Numbered from the stretch's first letter, positions 13,010 through 23,363 are shown. The stretch is DNA of 64,000 nt from an uncultured Bacilli bacterium (GCA_947629235.1 CANRCX010000001.1:46374-110373), one strand, 5' to 3'. The notes: generated by a model from the letters alone, not told the origin. A program made the numbers and translations.

Positions 13010-13486
13010 ATGAAAGATAAAAATTTTATAATAGGAATAGTTATTTCAGTATTATTAGTAATTATAATTGCATTATTAGTTTTTATATTTTTACCATCTA
13101 AATTTGAAAATTCAAAAGAAGCAGAAAATAATATTAATCAAACAGAAAATAAGGTGAAAGATGATATTAATAATTCAATAGAAAAGAGATCATTTGTACA
13201 ATCTGCACAAAAATTATATCAGATTGCACAAACTGCTTTTATTAATGATGCTATGAATAATAAAGAATTTTATCCTTGCTATGATGGAAGTAATAATCAT
13301 AATTTATTTCTATCTGATAATACACTTAGGTATTATGTAGAATTTGATATGTCTGGAAATATAATTAATTTTCAATTATCTAATAATTCATATAATATCA
13401 ATAAAAGTGGAACAGAAATTAAAATTGAAGAACTAAATGATGCTAATGATGGTAAAATAGATAGTATGAAAGTTTGTATTGATTAA
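13010..13486 (+). CDS. Hypothetical membrane-anchored protein
   Basis: 158 aa. N-terminal hydrophobic helix (IIGIVISVLLVIIIALLVFIFL) then a soluble domain. No recognisable family. Good RBS (AAGAAGGGAA). Confidence 0.5.
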   Translation: MKDKNFIIGIVISVLLVIIIALLVFIFLPSKFENSKEAENNINQTENKVKDDINNSIEKRSFVQSAQKLYQIAQTAFINDAMNNKEFYPCYDGSNNHNLFLSDNTLRYYVEFDMSGNIINFQLSNNSYNINKSGTEIKIEELNDANDGKIDSMKVCID

Positions 13487-13626
13487 AGTATAAAGTATTA
13501 ATTTTTATTAATACTTTTTTAATGAAATAATAATTAAAAATTATAAATGATAAGATAGTTTATTACTATTTTTTCCTTGACTTTTAATATATATATATAT
13601 AATTTAATAAGCGAGGTTGGTATATA

Positions 13627-16600
13627 GTGAATAAAAATTTAGAAAATATCTTTTCTTATATTGCTGATGTATTAAAAGTTAATGATAGAAGTATTTATGA
13701 TTATAAAAACTATGACGTTTTAATAGAATTAAATGATTTTATAGAGAAATATAAAGATTTTTCAAACGATATAGATGTAGATTCTATAAATATATTAAAA
13801 GATTCAAATATTTTGACATTAAAATATAAAAAAGAAGAAAACTATTTAAAAAAATATCCTATTATAAATGAAAAACTTAAAAATTATATTTCATTAGACA
13901 ATCACAATGAAATTGTAATTAGTGAAGAAAGTTATGCTTTATTAAAAGAAAATAATTTATTAGCTGAATATAACAATTATTTATTAGAATATAATAATGT
14001 AAAAAAGAATAATGATTATATAAATAATTATAATAAAATATATAAAGAATTATACAATTTAAATAAAAGAATAAAAGATAATGAAGAGAAAATTGAAATA
14101 ATATTAGCAACAAATTTATTATATTGGAAAAATGATACAGGAGATATAATAAAAAGACATATTTTAGAATGTAATTTAGACTTAGAAGTGGATTCAATTC
14201 GTGATGTTATAACTCTTAGTATAAGTAATGATAAATTTAAAGGTTTTGTAAGTGATTTTTTAAATGAAAAAAATTATTCAGTTAAATCTAAAAGTGAATT
14301 AGATGATTTAATTAATGAGCAAAATTCATTAATTAAATCTGGAGATATTAGTATTGATAAATTAAATGATAAAATTAGTGAATATATTAACTACATTTCT
14401 TACAATCATTCTATTAAAGATACATATTTTAATGAAAAAGAAATAGAAAATAATATAACATATTTATTTAAAGATAAAACAATATTTTTTAGAAAGAAAA
14501 CATTAAGATTATGGATTGATGATGCACTTGCAATAGCAAATTATTGTAAAGAGAATGAAGTTGATAGCAATATTTTAAAAATGCTTGATATAGATTTTTC
14601 AAATGAAGAAGAAGTAAGAGATGCATTATATGATAGAAGCAATGATATAAATGAAGAAGTATTATTTCCTTTAAGTTCTAATGCAGAACAATATGACATA
14701 GTAGAAAAAATAAATAGAAATAATATTGTTTTAGTTCAAGGCCCACCTGGCACTGGTAAATCTCATACAATAGCAAATTTATTATCACACTATATAGCAC
14801 AAGGTAAAAAAGTAATAGTTACTAGTGAAAAGTCTAAGGCATTAGAAGTATTAAGAGATAAAATTCCAATCTCAATTAGAAGCCTTAGTTTATCTTTATT
14901 GTCAACAAAAGGTATAGATAAAGATTTAGAATTCTCTATAAATAATATTTTAAGTAAACAAAGAGATGAAAAAACTTTAAAAAATAATCTTATAAATATA
15001 AAATTATTAGAAAAAGAGTTAGAAAAAATAAAAGAATGTAAAGGACAAAATCAAAAAGATATAATTGAAATTATGTCTAAAGATGCGATTGATTATAAAG
15101 ATAAATTAATTGGACTTATTGATATTAAATCAGATAGTAAATTTAATTTACAAAATATTGCAAAGTATTTAGAAGATAATAAAAAATATAAATTTATTAA
15201 AGAGAACGATATTGAAAATTATGATTATAAAAATATAGATGAAATGCTTGAAAATCTTGATGATATTAGAGATGAAATAAGAAACAATAATTATGCATTA
15301 TCAACTGAAATTCCAATTAATAACTTACTTCAAGATAATCAAATAGAACTAAGTATTAAAGAAGGGATTAGATATGAAGATTATACTATAAAAAATGAAT
15401 CATTAAAGAGTTCTATTATAGAATCAAAGCTTAATAGTGAAATAATAAATGAACTTACAAATAAAATAAATAATTTAAATAATTTATATGAATTTTTTCC
15501 TAAAAAATGGTTAATTGATAAATTAGATTGGAAAGTATTTTTTGATAATATAGAAAAATTAAAAAAAGAAATTATATCAAAAGAAAAATTAATATATGAT
15601 GTTGAATCAAATAGATTTGATTATAATCTTGATTATGATAGTAACAATTTAGAATATTACCATAATATTATTTTTAATATAACTTCTTTATATAATGATA
15701 AAAAAATTCTTCCTTTAATTAATAAAATAAAATTATCTAATTATTTAAATAAACTTAGTAATTTTAAATTAAACGATGATTATTTAACAAAAAATCTTTC
15801 TTTTGAAGTATTTGAAAATATAGAAAATCAATTAGAATATAAACTTTTCATAAACAATATACAAAATAAGTTAAGTAAAGTATTAGAAAAAGATATTATT
15901 AGTATATTAAATATAAATGAATTTGAATTTGGAAAATATGAAAAAAGAATTATTAATATATTAGATGAAATAATTAATTATAATAAATCTATTAAAGATA
16001 TAGATAATAATTTATCAAAAGTTATAAATACTAAATTATTTAATATATCATATATAGATTCTCTTGAAGAATTTATTTTATCTGTAATTGATGATTTGAA
16101 TTATTATATTACTATAAATTCTAATACATCTAATCAACAAGAGTTTTCAAATGAATTAAGAGATTTTTATAAAGATTATAAATTACAAAATTTAAATGAA
16201 TTAATATTATCTATAGAAAATAAGGATTTAGACGAATATAAAATTAATAAAGAAAAATTATTAAGTGAGATTAATATTATTAATAAATATAATAATATAA
16301 GAAAGAAATATTCTTTAATATTTAGTGATAAACCATTATTTATAAAAAGTTATATATATGATTATGATAATGTAGAAAAATCTTTTGTAAAGGATAATAT
16401 TAAAGAAATATTAAAATATCATTATGTAGAAAAAATTTATCTTTCATTAGAAAAGAAACAGAATGTAAAAAAATTATATGATATAAGAAATGGATTAATT
16501 CAAAAAGAAAAACAAGTCATTGAAGAATTGATTAGTGAAAAAGGATGGTACTATCAAAATAAACAAATGACTCCTTTAATTAGTTCATCACTAAGTAAAT

Positions 16601-18456
16601 GGATGTCATTAAAGAAAAAATTAGGAAGTGGTACTGGAAAAACTGCATATAAAATTTTAAATGAAATGCAAAAAGAAATGCAAATAGCAAAGAATGCAAT
16701 TCCAGTATGGATTATGCCACTTGATAAATTAATAGAGCAATATCCATATAGTGAAAATCCACCATTTGATGTATTAATAATGGATGAAAGTTCTCAATCA
16801 TCTATATTTTCTATTAGTGCTTTAACTAGAGCAAAGAAAATAATAATTGTTGGAGATGATAAACAAATAAGTCCAACTAGCAGTTTTACAAGTGTTGATG
16901 ATGTAGAAGATTTAAAAAATAAATATTTAAAAAATAATCAATGGAAAGAACAATTATCTAAAGATACAAGTATATATGATTTTATAGGTATGATTTGTAA
17001 TAATAGTAAAGTTGTATTATCAGAGCATTTTAGATGTTTAAGAGAAATAATTGAATTTTCAAATAGATATTATTATAATGGTCAAATAAATCCATTAAAA
17101 GTAAGAAGCAAAGAAAATACAATTGATAAACCAATTATGACAATATATGTAGATGGAAGGGTTAAAAAATATGGAAATCAACCTTATAATGAAAAAGAAT
17201 TAGAAAAAGTAATAGAACTATTAAGAAATATTTCTAATGATGAAAAATATAATAATAAAACAATTGGTATAATTACTCTTCAAAGAAGTGATAAGTTTGT
17301 TCTAAAATTAATAGAAAAAATATGGAGTACATTCGGAGATAAATTTGCAACTGATAGACATATTAAAGTAGGAGATACCGCTAGTTTTCAAGGTGATGAA
17401 AGAGATGTTATTATACTTTGTATGTTAAATGCTAGTGTAGATGAAAATGGCGATAGTAATATAATTAGAGCACTTACTACACCAGAATATGAACGTATTT
17501 ATAATGTAGCAGCATCAAGAGCTAAAGAACAAATGATTTTAATACATTCATTAACATTAGAAGAATTAAGAGAAAATTGTTGTAGATATAAACTATTAAA
17601 TTATTGTTTAAATTATGATAAAGAAGAAGAAAAACAAATAGAAGAAAAATTTGAATCTAATTTTGAAAGAGAAGTTTATAAAGATTTAACAGCAAAAGGA
17701 TTAAAATTAATTCCACAATTTAAAGTTGGTAATTATAGAATTGATTTTATAATAAAGAATGATAATGATCAAAACATAGCTCTTGAATGTGATGGAGATA
17801 GATACCATAATGTTGATAATCTTAAAGCTGATTTAGAAAGACAATCAGTATTAGAAAGATGTGGTTGGAAATTTATTAGAGTAAGAGCAAGTGAGTATTT
17901 TTATGATAGAGAAAAAAGCATTAACAGAATTTTAGAAGAAGTAAATAATATTTTAGATAGAAATTATTCAACTTCTAATATTAATTATGATGTAAGCGAT
18001 ATAATAAAATTTGATAAAGAAGAAGCATTAAAAGAAGTAAAAGAAGAACTAGAAAAAAATGAAACTAAGGAAATAAAAAAAGAAGAAAAACATCAAGATA
18101 AACCATTAAATATAAAAAGTAATTCTAATTTAGAGAGTGATATATTAAATTATATGTCAGAAGAAAATAAATCAAATATTGATTTAGAAAAGAAAATATT
18201 TAATGAAGATGGTATTACTAAAAATAGTTATAGATTTTTAACTTTATATTGTGAAGGAGTTAGTATAGAAGATATATCAAAATATTATGTATCATCTATT
18301 GGAGAAGTTAAAAGAATATTAAATTTATCATTATTAGTTTATAAAAAAGACACTTTAGAAGAAGCAGCAAAAATCTTTAAAGAAAAATTTAAAGGTAGTC
18401 AAAAATATAATAATATATATGATAATTATAAAAAATATAAGAAAAATAATTTGTAA
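13627..18456 (+). CDS. Large Upf1-like SF1 helicase fused to a C-terminal DUF559/Vsr-like (restriction-endonuclease fold) domain; candidate defence helicase-nuclease
   Basis: 1609 aa. AAA_11 start (SSNAEQYDIVEKI…VLVQGPPGTGKSHTIANL Walker A), then a ~600-aa insert, Walker B VLIMDESSQSS, IVGDDKQISP, AAA_12 motifs (EHFRCLREIIEFSNRYYYNGQI; VGDTASFQGDERDVIILCM). C-terminal …VGNYRIDFIIKNDNDQNIALECDGDRYH…LERCGWKFIRVRASEYF matches the DUF559/REase_MTES_1575 pattern. The N-terminal ~350 aa are unassigned (possibly DUF4011-like). Confidence 0.8.
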   Translation: MNKNLENIFSYIADVLKVNDRSIYDYKNYDVLIELNDFIEKYKDFSNDIDVDSINILKDSNILTLKYKKEENYLKKYPIINEKLKNYISLDNHNEIVISEESYALLKENNLLAEYNNYLLEYNNVKKNNDYINNYNKIYKELYNLNKRIKDNEEKIEIILATNLLYWKNDTGDIIKRHILECNLDLEVDSIRDVITLSISNDKFKGFVSDFLNEKNYSVKSKSELDDLINEQNSLIKSGDISIDKLNDKISEYINYISYNHSIKDTYFNEKEIENNITYLFKDKTIFFRKKTLRLWIDDALAIANYCKENEVDSNILKMLDIDFSNEEEVRDALYDRSNDINEEVLFPLSSNAEQYDIVEKINRNNIVLVQGPPGTGKSHTIANLLSHYIAQGKKVIVTSEKSKALEVLRDKIPISIRSLSLSLLSTKGIDKDLEFSINNILSKQRDEKTLKNNLINIKLLEKELEKIKECKGQNQKDIIEIMSKDAIDYKDKLIGLIDIKSDSKFNLQNIAKYLEDNKKYKFIKENDIENYDYKNIDEMLENLDDIRDEIRNNNYALSTEIPINNLLQDNQIELSIKEGIRYEDYTIKNESLKSSIIESKLNSEIINELTNKINNLNNLYEFFPKKWLIDKLDWKVFFDNIEKLKKEIISKEKLIYDVESNRFDYNLDYDSNNLEYYHNIIFNITSLYNDKKILPLINKIKLSNYLNKLSNFKLNDDYLTKNLSFEVFENIENQLEYKLFINNIQNKLSKVLEKDIISILNINEFEFGKYEKRIINILDEIINYNKSIKDIDNNLSKVINTKLFNISYIDSLEEFILSVIDDLNYYITINSNTSNQQEFSNELRDFYKDYKLQNLNELILSIENKDLDEYKINKEKLLSEINIINKYNNIRKKYSLIFSDKPLFIKSYIYDYDNVEKSFVKDNIKEILKYHYVEKIYLSLEKKQNVKKLYDIRNGLIQKEKQVIEELISEKGWYYQNKQMTPLISSSLSKWMSLKKKLGSGTGKTAYKILNEMQKEMQIAKNAIPVWIMPLDKLIEQYPYSENPPFDVLIMDESSQSSIFSISALTRAKKIIIVGDDKQISPTSSFTSVDDVEDLKNKYLKNNQWKEQLSKDTSIYDFIGMICNNSKVVLSEHFRCLREIIEFSNRYYYNGQINPLKVRSKENTIDKPIMTIYVDGRVKKYGNQPYNEKELEKVIELLRNISNDEKYNNKTIGIITLQRSDKFVLKLIEKIWSTFGDKFATDRHIKVGDTASFQGDERDVIILCMLNASVDENGDSNIIRALTTPEYERIYNVAASRAKEQMILIHSLTLEELRENCCRYKLLNYCLNYDKEEEKQIEEKFESNFEREVYKDLTAKGLKLIPQFKVGNYRIDFIIKNDNDQNIALECDGDRYHNVDNLKADLERQSVLERCGWKFIRVRASEYFYDREKSINRILEEVNNILDRNYSTSNINYDVSDIIKFDKEEALKEVKEELEKNETKEIKKEEKHQDKPLNIKSNSNLESDILNYMSEENKSNIDLEKKIFNEDGITKNSYRFLTLYCEGVSIEDISKYYVSSIGEVKRILNLSLLVYKKDTLEEAAKIFKEKFKGSQKYNNIYDNYKKYKKNNL

Positions 18457-18459
18457 AAG

Positions 18460-18492
18460 AATTATAGCAAAAATGCTATAATTTTTTTTAAT
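18460..18492 (+). terminator. Rho-independent terminator after the helicase-nuclease gene
   Basis: AATTATAGCA-aaaa-TGCTATAATT followed by TTTTTTTT. Confidence 0.7.
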
Positions 18493-18521
18493 ATTTGGTA
18501 TAATTTATTTAGGTGAATATT

Positions 18522-19817
18522 ATGTTTGAAAGTTTAAGTGAAAGATTACAAAAAGTAGTTAGTAATATAAAATCAAAAGGTGTTATTAATGAAGATAACA
18601 TTAGTGATATAGTAAGAGAAATAAGACTTTGTTTATTAGAAGCTGATGTTAATGTAAAAATAGTAAGAGAATTTATTGATAAAGTTAAAGAAAAAGCACT
18701 TGGTGAAGAAGTTAAAAAAAGTATTAAACCAGGTGACTTATTCGTTAAAATATTAAAAGATGAACTTGTAGAATTATTAGGTGGGGATAGTACTCCACTT
18801 GAAGTTAGTAAAAATCCAACAATTACAATGATAGTTGGACTTCAAGGTGGTGGTAAAACTACAACTATTGGTAAAATGGGTAATATGGTTAGAAAAAAAT
18901 ACCATAAGAAACCAATGTTTATAGCATGTGATGTTTATAGACCAGCAGCAATAGATCAATTAAAAAGTATAGGAAAAGAATTAAATATAGAAGTATATGA
19001 TGAAGGAAAGGGAAGTCCTGTAGAAATAGCTAAAAATGGTATAGAATATGCTAAAAGTAAAGGTTATGATTATATACTTATAGATACAGCAGGTCGTCTT
19101 CAAATAGATGAAAAATTAATGGATGAACTTGTTGAAATTGAGCGTACAGTTAGTCCCCATGAAGAATTACTTGTAATAGATGCTATGATGGGACAAGATG
19201 CAATAAATGTAATAACTGGATTTAATGATAAATTAAAATTAACTGGTTGTGTTTTAACTAAAATGGATGGAGATACTAAAGGTGGAGTTGCTCTATCATT
19301 AAGACATCTTACTAACATTCCAATTAAGTTAATAGGAGACTCTGAAAAATTAGATGGAATAGGTGAATTTTATCCTGATAGAATTGCAAATAGAATACTT
19401 GGTATGGGAGATCTACTTTCAATAATTGAAAAAACTGAAAGAGAACTTGATACCGATGAAATGATGGATACAGCTAAAAGAATGCAAAAAGGAAAATTTG
19501 ATCTTGAAGATTTCTTAAAAACAATGAAACAAATAAAGAAATTAGGTCCAATTGAAAATATACTAAAATTAATGCCAGGAGCATCTAAATTAGGACTTAA
19601 TAATGTAAATATTGATCCAAAATTAATGGCAAGAACAGAAGCAATAGTTTTATCAATGACAAAAGAAGAAAGAAGAAATCCTGATATAATTAAAGCTAGT
19701 AGAAAAGTAAGAATTGCTAATGGTTGTGGACAAAAAGTAGAAGATGTTAATAGATTATTAAAACAATTTGATCAAATGAAAGTAATGATGAAACAAATGA
19801 AAAACATGAAGTTTTAA
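18522..19817 (+). CDS. ffh: Signal recognition particle protein Ffh (SRP54)
   Basis: N-domain, then G-domain with GLQGGGKTTT P-loop, DTAGR, TKMDGD, then a Met-rich M-domain (…MKVMMKQMKNMKF). ATG at 18522 follows an AGGTGA RBS. The ORF-track GTG at 18513 is probably a 5' extension. Confidence 0.9.
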   Translation: MFESLSERLQKVVSNIKSKGVINEDNISDIVREIRLCLLEADVNVKIVREFIDKVKEKALGEEVKKSIKPGDLFVKILKDELVELLGGDSTPLEVSKNPTITMIVGLQGGGKTTTIGKMGNMVRKKYHKKPMFIACDVYRPAAIDQLKSIGKELNIEVYDEGKGSPVEIAKNGIEYAKSKGYDYILIDTAGRLQIDEKLMDELVEIERTVSPHEELLVIDAMMGQDAINVITGFNDKLKLTGCVLTKMDGDTKGGVALSLRHLTNIPIKLIGDSEKLDGIGEFYPDRIANRILGMGDLLSIIEKTERELDTDEMMDTAKRMQKGKFDLEDFLKTMKQIKKLGPIENILKLMPGASKLGLNNVNIDPKLMARTEAIVLSMTKEERRNPDIIKASRKVRIANGCGQKVEDVNRLLKQFDQMKVMMKQMKNMKF

Positions 19818-19870
19818 ATTTACAAAAAATGATTTTTAATGTATAATAAATTACAATTTCAGGAGGCTTT

Positions 19871-20371
19871 ATGGATAATATATATTTAGAAAATATACAA
19901 TCAATATTAAATAGTGAAACAACAGATGAAGAAAAACATAATGAATTGCTTGCATTAATAAAAAGCATAAGAAATGATTTACTTTTAGGGGCAGAAGAGA
20001 AAGAAAATTTAATAAATCAAATAGAGAATACTGATATTTTATTAAAATCAGATATAGAACTATTAAAAAAATTAAGAAATCGATCTAAAAAATTCTTAAT
20101 TACTAATTCTTTTATAGGATTAAGTGTAACTGGTCTTAGTGCAGGTTCTATTTACAAATGTATTATAGATCATAAACAAATAATTGATGCTATGAAAAAC
20201 TCATTTTCTTCTGATATTTTAGCTGAATTCACTCTCGGAAGTTTATTATTCGCAGGTTCATTAGTAGCTGGAATTTATGATTATTTAACTTATCAAGAAT
20301 TACAAGAATATATGGAATATGATAAAGAAATAAATTCATATCAAAGAAGATTAAAAGATAATCATAGATAA
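19871..20371 (+). CDS. Hypothetical protein (N-terminal helical region, two C-terminal TM helices)
   Basis: 166 aa with a GGAGG RBS. No recognisable family. Confidence 0.45.
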   Translation: MDNIYLENIQSILNSETTDEEKHNELLALIKSIRNDLLLGAEEKENLINQIENTDILLKSDIELLKKLRNRSKKFLITNSFIGLSVTGLSAGSIYKCIIDHKQIIDAMKNSFSSDILAEFTLGSLLFAGSLVAGIYDYLTYQELQEYMEYDKEINSYQRRLKDNHR

Positions 20372-20461
20372 AAATTATTTATGATTAAATGTATATAATA
20401 TTATTGCTGTAAAGCAATTAAAAAAGCTAGTGATTCCCACTATAAGAGGAAATTAAAAAAG

Positions 20462-20495
20462 AAACTAGAGAGCTTACTCTAGTTTTGTTTTGTTA
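20462..20495 (+). terminator. Rho-independent terminator
   Basis: AAACTAGAG-agctta-CTCTAGTTT followed by TGTTTTGTT. Confidence 0.65.
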
Positions 20496-20605
20496 TTTAT
20501 TATATAAATTATTAGATAAATGTAACAAATATAATCAATAATTATAATTTACCTATTCACAATTTATCTTTTATCATAAACTATCTATGAAAAGGAGTTG
20601 TTTAT

Positions 20606-20917
20606 ATGACAGATAATATGGGTATGTACCAAGGATATAGTGTTGAAGGTAGTGCAGAATTAAAAGTTACTCCAGATAAAATGACTGAAGGCTCTTCTTG
20701 TTGTATGGAAGCACCTATGATGTGCCCACCAGTTTATGAATGTCCACAAGAAAGATGTATTCATAAACAAATTATACATGAAGTACCACATGTACAACCA
20801 ATCAATACTAGAATAATTAATCATCATATATATAGACATACATATACACCTTGTTATACATGTACTGAAGAAAATGAAGTATGCAATGTTAATGTATGTG
20901 GTCCTAAATATATGTAA
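20606..20917 (+). CDS. Cys/His-rich small protein resembling inner spore coat protein CotD family
   Basis: 103 aa. Repeated H-x-x-V/I-x-P-V/I-N/H-like segments (IHKQIIHEVPHVQPINTRIINHHIYRHTY) and many Cys residues. AAAGGAG RBS. Confidence 0.4.
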   Translation: MTDNMGMYQGYSVEGSAELKVTPDKMTEGSSCCMEAPMMCPPVYECPQERCIHKQIIHEVPHVQPINTRIINHHIYRHTYTPCYTCTEENEVCNVNVCGPKYM

Positions 20918-20926
20918 CTTATTTTT

Positions 20927-20957
20927 ATAAAGACATTTTAATTAATGTCTTTTTTTT
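20927..20957 (+). terminator. Rho-independent terminator (copy 1 of a duplicated 30-nt element)
   Basis: AAAGACATT-ttaatt-AATGTCTTT + TTTTTTT. An identical sequence recurs at 22457-22486. Confidence 0.65.
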
Positions 20958-21052
20958 AAATGATATTCTTACACTTATTATGTAAACTTTTAAAAATTAT
21001 ATGTTAAAAATGTTAAAAAAATTCTATAATTTAGAAAAGGGAGGAGTAGTTT

Positions 21053-22456
21053 ATGAACTCTAGTAATTTATTTGGTGAAAATAATGAATCACAATCAAAT
21101 AACTACCAGTCAGTAACATCAGTACAAAATAATAATTTAAACAATCAGAATGTTACTTCATTTAATAATAATCAAATAAATCAAAATAGTAATAGTTCTG
21201 TAGGTTTAGAAAGACCACAAAGTTCAAGTCCCTTATGGCAAAATACGCCTGTTTCAGAAGAAAATTATCAAACACCATTTACAAAAATGTTAAATGAAGA
21301 TCAATATCAAACACCATTTACAGTAGCACAAGATTCTCCATTTACAAAAGATGCTGTTACAACACAAAAAATGACTACATCACCCTCAGCTTTAAATTAT
21401 ATGATAGATAATCAAAATAATGAAAAGTTATTAGAAGAATTTATTGGCAATAAATATGAAAAAATTATTAATAAACCATTTAATATATTTGGATTCCTAT
21501 TTGGAACATTCTATATATTTTATAGAAAAATGTATTTATTTGGTATTATTATTTTTATTCTTGATTTAATAATTTTTAATTTTATAAAAAATATTATAAT
21601 TAGTTTAATCTTAGTATTAGTACTTAGAATTATAATTGGATTTAGTATAAATAAAATATGTGTGCTTCATTCAAAAAAGAAAATAATAAAAATAAAAATT
21701 AAAGGTACACACAGCAATTTTGAAGAATTAAAAAATATTTGTTCTAAAAAAGGTGGAGCAAGTGTTGGCTCAATATTTTTAGGAATTTTTGCTGAACTTG
21801 GTATTGCTTTAGCGATAGTTATAGTAATGTTATTATTTGGAGTTAAAAATTATATAACAAGTTTATTTGATTTTAAAGATTCTAATGAAGAAGATGATAA
21901 TACACAAGTAAAAGAAACATTAGTGGAAGATGTAATGGTTAATGGTTATTCTTGTATAAATACAAAGTGTAATATTACAATAGAAGATGCTAATGGAGAT
22001 ACAATTGATTATACACTAAAAAGTGGAGATGCTGAATTATTTAAAATATTAGATAGTTATAATGATTATATTAATATTAATATATACTATATTATAAGTA
22101 ATAATGAAAGAAGAATTACTAAATATAATATATTCTTAAAATCAAATGATGAAGATATTAGTAATGTTAAAACAGAAGAAGAATTAAGAAAGAAAATAGG
22201 TTTATATACACTAGGTAATCATACTGATACACTTACTTTAACTAAAATAGGTAAACAAGGTTCTGGTATTAGTGGTAATGAAACATATACATATATAACT
22301 TATACATTTACTGATAGTAATGAAATAGAATATAAGATGAAATATATTAATCCAAATAAAAATTTAAAATTAACAGAAGGTAAAAAATATACTGTTACTT
22401 TTGAAGTAGTTGAAGGTACATTTGATTATGAATATAAAATTAAATCAATAAAATAA
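21053..22456 (+). CDS. Hypothetical polytopic membrane protein with Q/N-rich N-terminal region
   Basis: 467 aa. N-terminal ~130 aa are low-complexity N/Q/S with repeated YQTPFT motifs. Central hydrophobic helices. C-terminal ~200-aa soluble domain. GGGAGG RBS. Confidence 0.5.
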   Translation: MNSSNLFGENNESQSNNYQSVTSVQNNNLNNQNVTSFNNNQINQNSNSSVGLERPQSSSPLWQNTPVSEENYQTPFTKMLNEDQYQTPFTVAQDSPFTKDAVTTQKMTTSPSALNYMIDNQNNEKLLEEFIGNKYEKIINKPFNIFGFLFGTFYIFYRKMYLFGIIIFILDLIIFNFIKNIIISLILVLVLRIIIGFSINKICVLHSKKKIIKIKIKGTHSNFEELKNICSKKGGASVGSIFLGIFAELGIALAIVIVMLLFGVKNYITSLFDFKDSNEEDDNTQVKETLVEDVMVNGYSCINTKCNITIEDANGDTIDYTLKSGDAELFKILDSYNDYININIYYIISNNERRITKYNIFLKSNDEDISNVKTEEELRKKIGLYTLGNHTDTLTLTKIGKQGSGISGNETYTYITYTFTDSNEIEYKMKYINPNKNLKLTEGKKYTVTFEVVEGTFDYEYKIKSIK

Positions 22457-22487
22457 TAAAGACATTTTAATTAATGTCTTTTTTTGT
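22457..22487 (+). terminator. Rho-independent terminator (copy 2 of duplicated element)
   Basis: Identical AAAGACATTTTAATTAATGTCTTTTTTT to that at 20927-20957. Confidence 0.65.
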
Positions 22488-22499
22488 TATAATTGATTT

Positions 22500-22913
22500 G
22501 TGATTAATATGATAGAAAAAGCAGGATGTATCTTAATGGATACTAAAAATAAAAATATAGCAATTGTATATAGAAAAGAGTATGATGATTATTCTTTTCC
22601 AAAAGGTCATCTTGAAAAAGGTGAAACTTTACTTGAATGTGCTATTCGTGAAACTGAAGAAGAAACTAAAAGAATACCATTAATATTAGATAATAATGAA
22701 ATATTTGTAGAAAAATACAATGATTCTATGGGAAATTTATGTGAAGCACATTATTTTATAGCAAAAGATAATGGTCATAGTGATAATAAATCATTAGAAG
22801 TACATGAATTAATATGGAAAAATATAAATGAAGTAGATAGTATTTTAAGCCATGATCATACAAAAGAAATATGGAATAATGTAAAAGATATTGTTATTAA
22901 ATATATGGAGTAA
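22500..22913 (+). CDS. NUDIX hydrolase
   Basis: Nudix box readable as GHLEKGETLLECAIRETEEETK (Gx5Ex7REUxEExGU). The start may be one of the internal ATGs (MIEKAG… or MDTKNK…). Confidence 0.7.
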   Translation: MINMIEKAGCILMDTKNKNIAIVYRKEYDDYSFPKGHLEKGETLLECAIRETEEETKRIPLILDNNEIFVEKYNDSMGNLCEAHYFIAKDNGHSDNKSLEVHELIWKNINEVDSILSHDHTKEIWNNVKDIVIKYME

Positions 22914-22916
22914 AAT

Positions 22917-23363
22917 ATGAAGAAAAGAATAATACTATGGATACTTGTTATTTTATGGATGGGTATTATTTTTACTTTTTCTAGTTTTAATAGTAATGAG
23001 TCATCTAAACAAAGTAAAGGAATAATTAATTTCTTTATTGAAAATATAGTAGAAATATTTGATAAAGATTTAACAGAAGTAGAAAAAACTAATATTGTTA
23101 ATACACTTCATACTCCAGTTAGAAAACTTGCTCATTTTAGTATATATTTAGTTCTTGGAGTACTGGTTAGTTTACTCTTAAAAACATATAATCTTTCTAC
23201 TAAAAATATAATTTTAATGTCTATTTTAATATGTTTTTTGTATGCAAGTAGTGATGAAATTCATCAATTATTTATTAGTGGTAGAAGTGGAGAATTTAAA
23301 GATATATTACTTGATACATTTGGAAGTAGTGTTGGAATAGCTATATTTGGAAGAAGAAAATAA
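22917..23363 (+). CDS. VanZ-family membrane protein
   Basis: 148 aa with 4 TM helices. Conserved VanZ-like RKLAHFSIY…SDEIHQLFISGRSGEFKD. Confidence 0.65.
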   Translation: MKKRIILWILVILWMGIIFTFSSFNSNESSKQSKGIINFFIENIVEIFDKDLTEVEKTNIVNTLHTPVRKLAHFSIYLVLGVLVSLLLKTYNLSTKNIILMSILICFLYASSDEIHQLFISGRSGEFKDILLDTFGSSVGIAIFGRRK

